64,000 nt of DNA. It comes from Lytechinus variegatus. Taxonomy: Eukaryota. The notes below the pieces were generated by a model. That model searched no databases. It was not told where the DNA came from and was given only the letters and a program-made list of their open reading frames with translations. The translations under genes were made by a program, and so were the position numbers. This document shows positions 59,701-64,000 of this stretch, piece after piece (the first letter of the stretch is position 1; each line of letters opens with the position of its first letter). Location: NCBI RefSeq assembly GCF_018143015.1, contig NC_054743.1, positions 35,275,243 to 35,339,242 on the forward strand. Reading direction: 5' to 3'.

Positions 59701-62700
59701 ATGAGTTGTCAACTGGCATTCCATTAAAAGTGTTGTCTATATTAGCCGAGTTTTAACTCATGTGACGTAATGAGCCCAAAGTTGTGAGGGGGCTCAATAT
59801 GGCTTATGGCGTACAGCATACAATTAATAAAAAGTTGCGAGCGAGCAAAAGTTTGACATTTTTATTACAAAAATCATAGTTTGTAATAAATTTTGACATG
59901 ATATTCAGAAGATATATTTCACCTTTATCACTTTGGGGATGTGACATCATCAGCCCACCCAATGAATATTCATGACGATTTGCACATAACTGTTTTCACA
60001 CAATATTCATAAACTTCAAAATTCAGAAACCTTATTTGTTATCCGACTTTGATGAAATTACCAGCATTTTGCTCTGTGAATTATACTCTATTTAGTTAGA
60101 TACAGATACTTTCATCCCGGACCATCCCTTTAAGAACCACTGCATGCCTGACCACGCAGCAAGTAAATAATGAATGTACTCTGTCAACAAGGACATTTCT
60201 CTCTCTCTAAAAAACGTATTTGTTTAAAAATGTAACTAACAAATTGCCCAACACTCTTCACTTACTTTTCTTAAATTCATTTTCCAATTTGTACTTAATT
60301 CTGTTGTTTATAGGGACGTGCTTGGCTACGTGTTATGTGCTATAAAAGAACAGAATATTATCATTATCATCACTGTCAAGGAAATATATTATTTCCCTGG
60401 CAGTTTACCATCTAATATCATTCAAATTTCCAACGTTTCAACCATGAGCAAGTTCATTAATGACAAAAACAAACAAATTCACTGTGCTAGCCATTTTGAT
60501 GGTCAGGTTTATTACTAATATAAGTACAAACACTGGATTATTATGTAAAATAGACCTCCAGAATTAACTGCCTCGACAGCAATTATTACCTATCATAATT
60601 TCATTTTTAAAAATGATGACTACACAATTTGGAAATGCATTATACATTTGACAGATAGTAAAAAATAGTTGTAAACTCTTGATTATTATAGAACTAAATA
60701 CACAACAGCATATAATTTCTCTCAGTAATCTTTAAACAAACTTTCTATCATTTGATGCATAATATATTTTACTTACCACATGATGTAAACTAGAATAAGC
60801 AAGAATCTGGTGTAAATAATGTTAGAATTTACTAACAATGACCAACAATTAAGGTTCAAGACCATGAAAAAAATTATTACTGATATATAATTATACCTGA
60901 AAGAACATCGATCTACCACTTTATCATGAAACATGATAACTAGCATAAGCAAGAATCTGGTGTAAATACATGCTACAATTTAATCACAATAACCAACAGT
61001 TAAGATTTAAGAGTAGAAGCAACTGTAACAGGAATAAATGTAACAGAATTCTTAATCCATTATCCATAATGGATGTCAAAGAATAAACATTCCTTGAAAG
61101 GCTAATAATCATAAGAATAACATTCCTCAAATTTGCAGAGAGCAATCATGTTTCTGTAAACCACAAGATGTTATAACTCTGATACAGTAAATTATATTAT
61201 CATCACTTATCAATGTATAGATATTCTATAAAATTTAGTATACAACAAACATATCAGATTAATTTCATTTTCAATAGTCATTCTCTTTGATCATGACATC
61301 TAGACAGCCATGTTATAGGTCTATAAAAAGATTAAATACAAATAAATTTTGTAAATAGAAATGAAAGGCAAAATGAAATGAAGTATAAAAAAATACATGT
61401 ATATGGGCAAATGTTTACATGAAAGACTATTTTTCTTACTACCGGTAAAGAAGTTTATGTATACTGCAAACTGAGAAATATATACATTTGTAGTGAATAT
61501 TGGTTACAGACATGCTACCGAAGTTAATATCTAAGTTGTGGGGTAGGAGGGAGGGGGGGGGGGGCATGAACATAATAGTGGATGGGGTCTATAATATGGC
61601 ATATACTATTCCAATTACTTTCAAAGGTATATTCACACGTGCAATAGAGGTAGCCGAGGTCTGGCATTTTCTTCTTAAAAGGGAGTTCTAAAATGATTAC
61701 ACCTACGCTTTTTCTGATCTACTTTGTTAACAGGCCTTACATGTAACAACACAAAATACACCGACTCTTAACATAGATAATTCCTTAATTTGCAGACCGA
61801 ATGTACTCCTTTATGATAAAAATAACTCAAGTTCATTTATAAATCACTTTTGTTGCCACTGTGCACCATTTTTCCATGTGTAGAAATAAAAAGCTCTGAT
61901 ATTCAAACCTTGAGAAAATATTTTCAAAGCTGTGTGCCCCACACGTATGTATGTGAAGCCATAGGCAGTTGTGTACAGTGAACAAAGTGGATACAATCCC
62001 CCAACATCAATATCAAATAAAAAAGTGCCCCCCCCCACTTCCCTATACACAGATATATGCATACAAACATGAAGATAATAATTTGAATCAATTTAATCAC
62101 ATTAATTAATCATTAATTAACGGTACTGTCTAATTTTCCTGAATTGCTATAATCACTTCCCATTCTTTGGTATGTCCTCTTACCAAGAATAAAACTATAT
62201 TTGGTGTGAGTCTGTGAAATAATATGAAAGACTTCGAAACATTTCAATTATCTGCTATATATGTATGTAGGTTGTCTTTTATATTTGCCAACTGATTATG
62301 CTCTCACTCTTCTATATGACCTATAAAAGCCCAAAAGGCCCCTCTTGTAAAACATTTCTAAGATAAATGATTACATATTTAAATTCACCATGTTTGCATG
62401 CATTCACATGAATGTCAGAACACACAAAAAAGGTTTCAAATCCATTTCTAACATTTCATTAAGAAAGACTGCTTTTTAAGTAGAGTAAACAAGATATATC
62501 ACAATAAATTTCAAAGTATTTGTTAAGTTTTTACCTATGATTAACTGATTTAAATGTTTGACACAATAAAATATTTACATAACGAGTACATGTAGCATTT
62601 CTTGCGTATGAGAAAGTCCAATACATTTTTTGGACCAGCACACTCCCTTCTTCCATTTTCTTTGATTTTATATTTTCTATTTGTATACTAACATCGTTAG

Positions 62701-62811
62701 ATGACATATTTCTCTGTTTCATTATGGACAAAAAAAATTGCCATCAAATCAAGCATCCATTGAATACACACCCTATTATGAACATACATACCAATGTATA
62801 GACAAATTCAG

Positions 62812-63108
62812 ATAATAATAATAATAATAGCGGCATATTTACCCAGGGTAGCCACTTCAGTTCCGAAAACTGTTCTCCCAGCGGGCCCTGCTATTATTAC
62901 CCCGGCTTTAGCATGGCTACCTTGATTGGGCGCTCGAGCATTCGAGGAATTTCTTCCTACCAGGTACCCATTCACCTCACCTGGGTCGAGTGCAGCACAA
63001 TGTGGATAAGTTTCTTGCTGAAGGAAATTATGCCATGGCTGGGATTCGAACCCACGACCCTCTGTTTCAAAGTCCGAAGACTAATCCACTGGGCCACAAC
63101 GCTCCACG
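62812..63108 (-). mobile_element. tRNA-derived SINE, copy 2, same family and orientation as 40805-41108
   Basis: It reads (ata)n cggcatatttacccagggtagccacttcagttccgaaaactgtt ... ggtacccattcacctcacctgggtcgagtgcagcacaatgtgg ... tgggattcgaacccacgaccctctgtttcaaagtccgaagactaatccactgggccac. ORF 62913..63161 is an artefact of it. Confidence 0.75.
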
Positions 63109-64000
63109 TTATATATAATGTAACTGTATTTCTGTTATGTTACTATAAGTATATTCGTTGAAATGCTAATTAACACACTATATACATGTAACTTCTATTT
63201 ATTCATTTCATAGCTATTGAATTGATTTCTTATACATTAAATTGCATAAGAGTAAATGAAAATGAGATTTTTACCAATTAAGAATGATACAGAAAAAATT
63301 TAGAAAATGATTTATATAATTCAATAAAGTATTAGAATAATATCATATATCTTTAATTTGTTAATTACATCATCAAATCATCACTACACTATCATCTATA
63401 GGCAAGTATATTTCTGTTGTAGCATCAATAATCACATCACCATTGCACCATTTAGCTAAACATATTTCCCTCTACTAATACACTACAAACATATCTTCAA
63501 CATAGTTTGCATAAAAGCATGACATTTTTTTCTAAAGACAAAATAACAATTTCAACAACATAACCATTTTTAAATGGACTGCTTATCTAATTTCTTCATG
63601 TATAATTTCCTTAAAATAAAGATATATAATCATATATTTTCTAACACACTTTGGCATGTATTCGCATTAGTTATTCAAATGAAAAGGAGAGGAACTCTTA
63701 TAAATTGGGTATCGATCCCAATTATATGACATTTACTTGTAAGATAAACACAAAAACTATTTTCGCAAAATAATACAACAAAGCCAACTCTAACTGACAG
63801 ACCATACATATTAATATTTACAAGATGAAATATTTCAAAAGTATACATCTCCACTATAAAAATAAAAAGTCAGACAACTGTACATAAAAATGAAACCTTC
63901 AAAGCTGTAAGGGAATTAGCATCATACTGATGAACAATAGATTAATTTGTTATGAAGAAATTGCGTAGTTAATGCCAATTACTAGAAAAGTAAATTAATT

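Noticed and set aside
1-64000. Prokaryotic-style systems (CRISPR arrays, defence operons, integrons, phage islands)
   Set aside because: None of the hallmarks are present: no dense co-directional ORFs, no RBS-spaced starts, and no repeat-spacer arrays with constant spacing. The only regular arrays are micro- and minisatellites and the 105-nt satellite, which lacks unique spacers. Gene structure is clearly spliceosomal and eukaryotic.

Overview
This is a eukaryotic, almost certainly metazoan, genomic window. It is AT-rich and repeat-dense, with spliceosomal introns bearing canonical AG acceptors and GT donors. I see no bacterial or phage-type architecture: no operons, no CRISPR arrays and no RBS-led gene arrays. 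Many of the 'M' starts in the supplied ORF track are TTG, CTG or GTG codons (for example, ORF 19005..19322 begins with TTG), so most short ORFs are artefacts. Two protein-coding genes are well supported, in convergent (tail-to-tail) orientation. (1) On the + strand, 1929-3298 is the large terminal exon of a PRDM13-like transcription factor. It encodes one atypical C2HC finger and three tandem C2H2 fingers, and the PR/SET exons must lie upstream of the window. (2) On the - strand is a METTL24-like (FkbM / Methyltransf_21 family) methyltransferase gene. It has four clear exons at 20899-21006, 19165-19310, 18429-18693 and 14954-15268 with clean splice sites, and its 5' end is unresolved. Its introns are packed with hypervariable micro- and minisatellites. 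A third, weaker coding candidate is a GC/CpG-rich ATG-initiated exon on the - strand at 46319-46834. The remaining ~40 kb shows no convincing exons but contains many interspersed repeats. These include a tRNA-derived SINE family (two copies, - strand), several MITE families with terminal inverted repeats, foldback elements and long perfect hairpins, and a ~105-bp tandem satellite between the two genes. There is also a triplicated module (two direct copies plus one inverted copy), and about 35 homopolymer G- or C-runs of at least 8 nt, several fused to T- or A-runs. I cannot run searches, so all protein-family calls rest on remembered family motifs.
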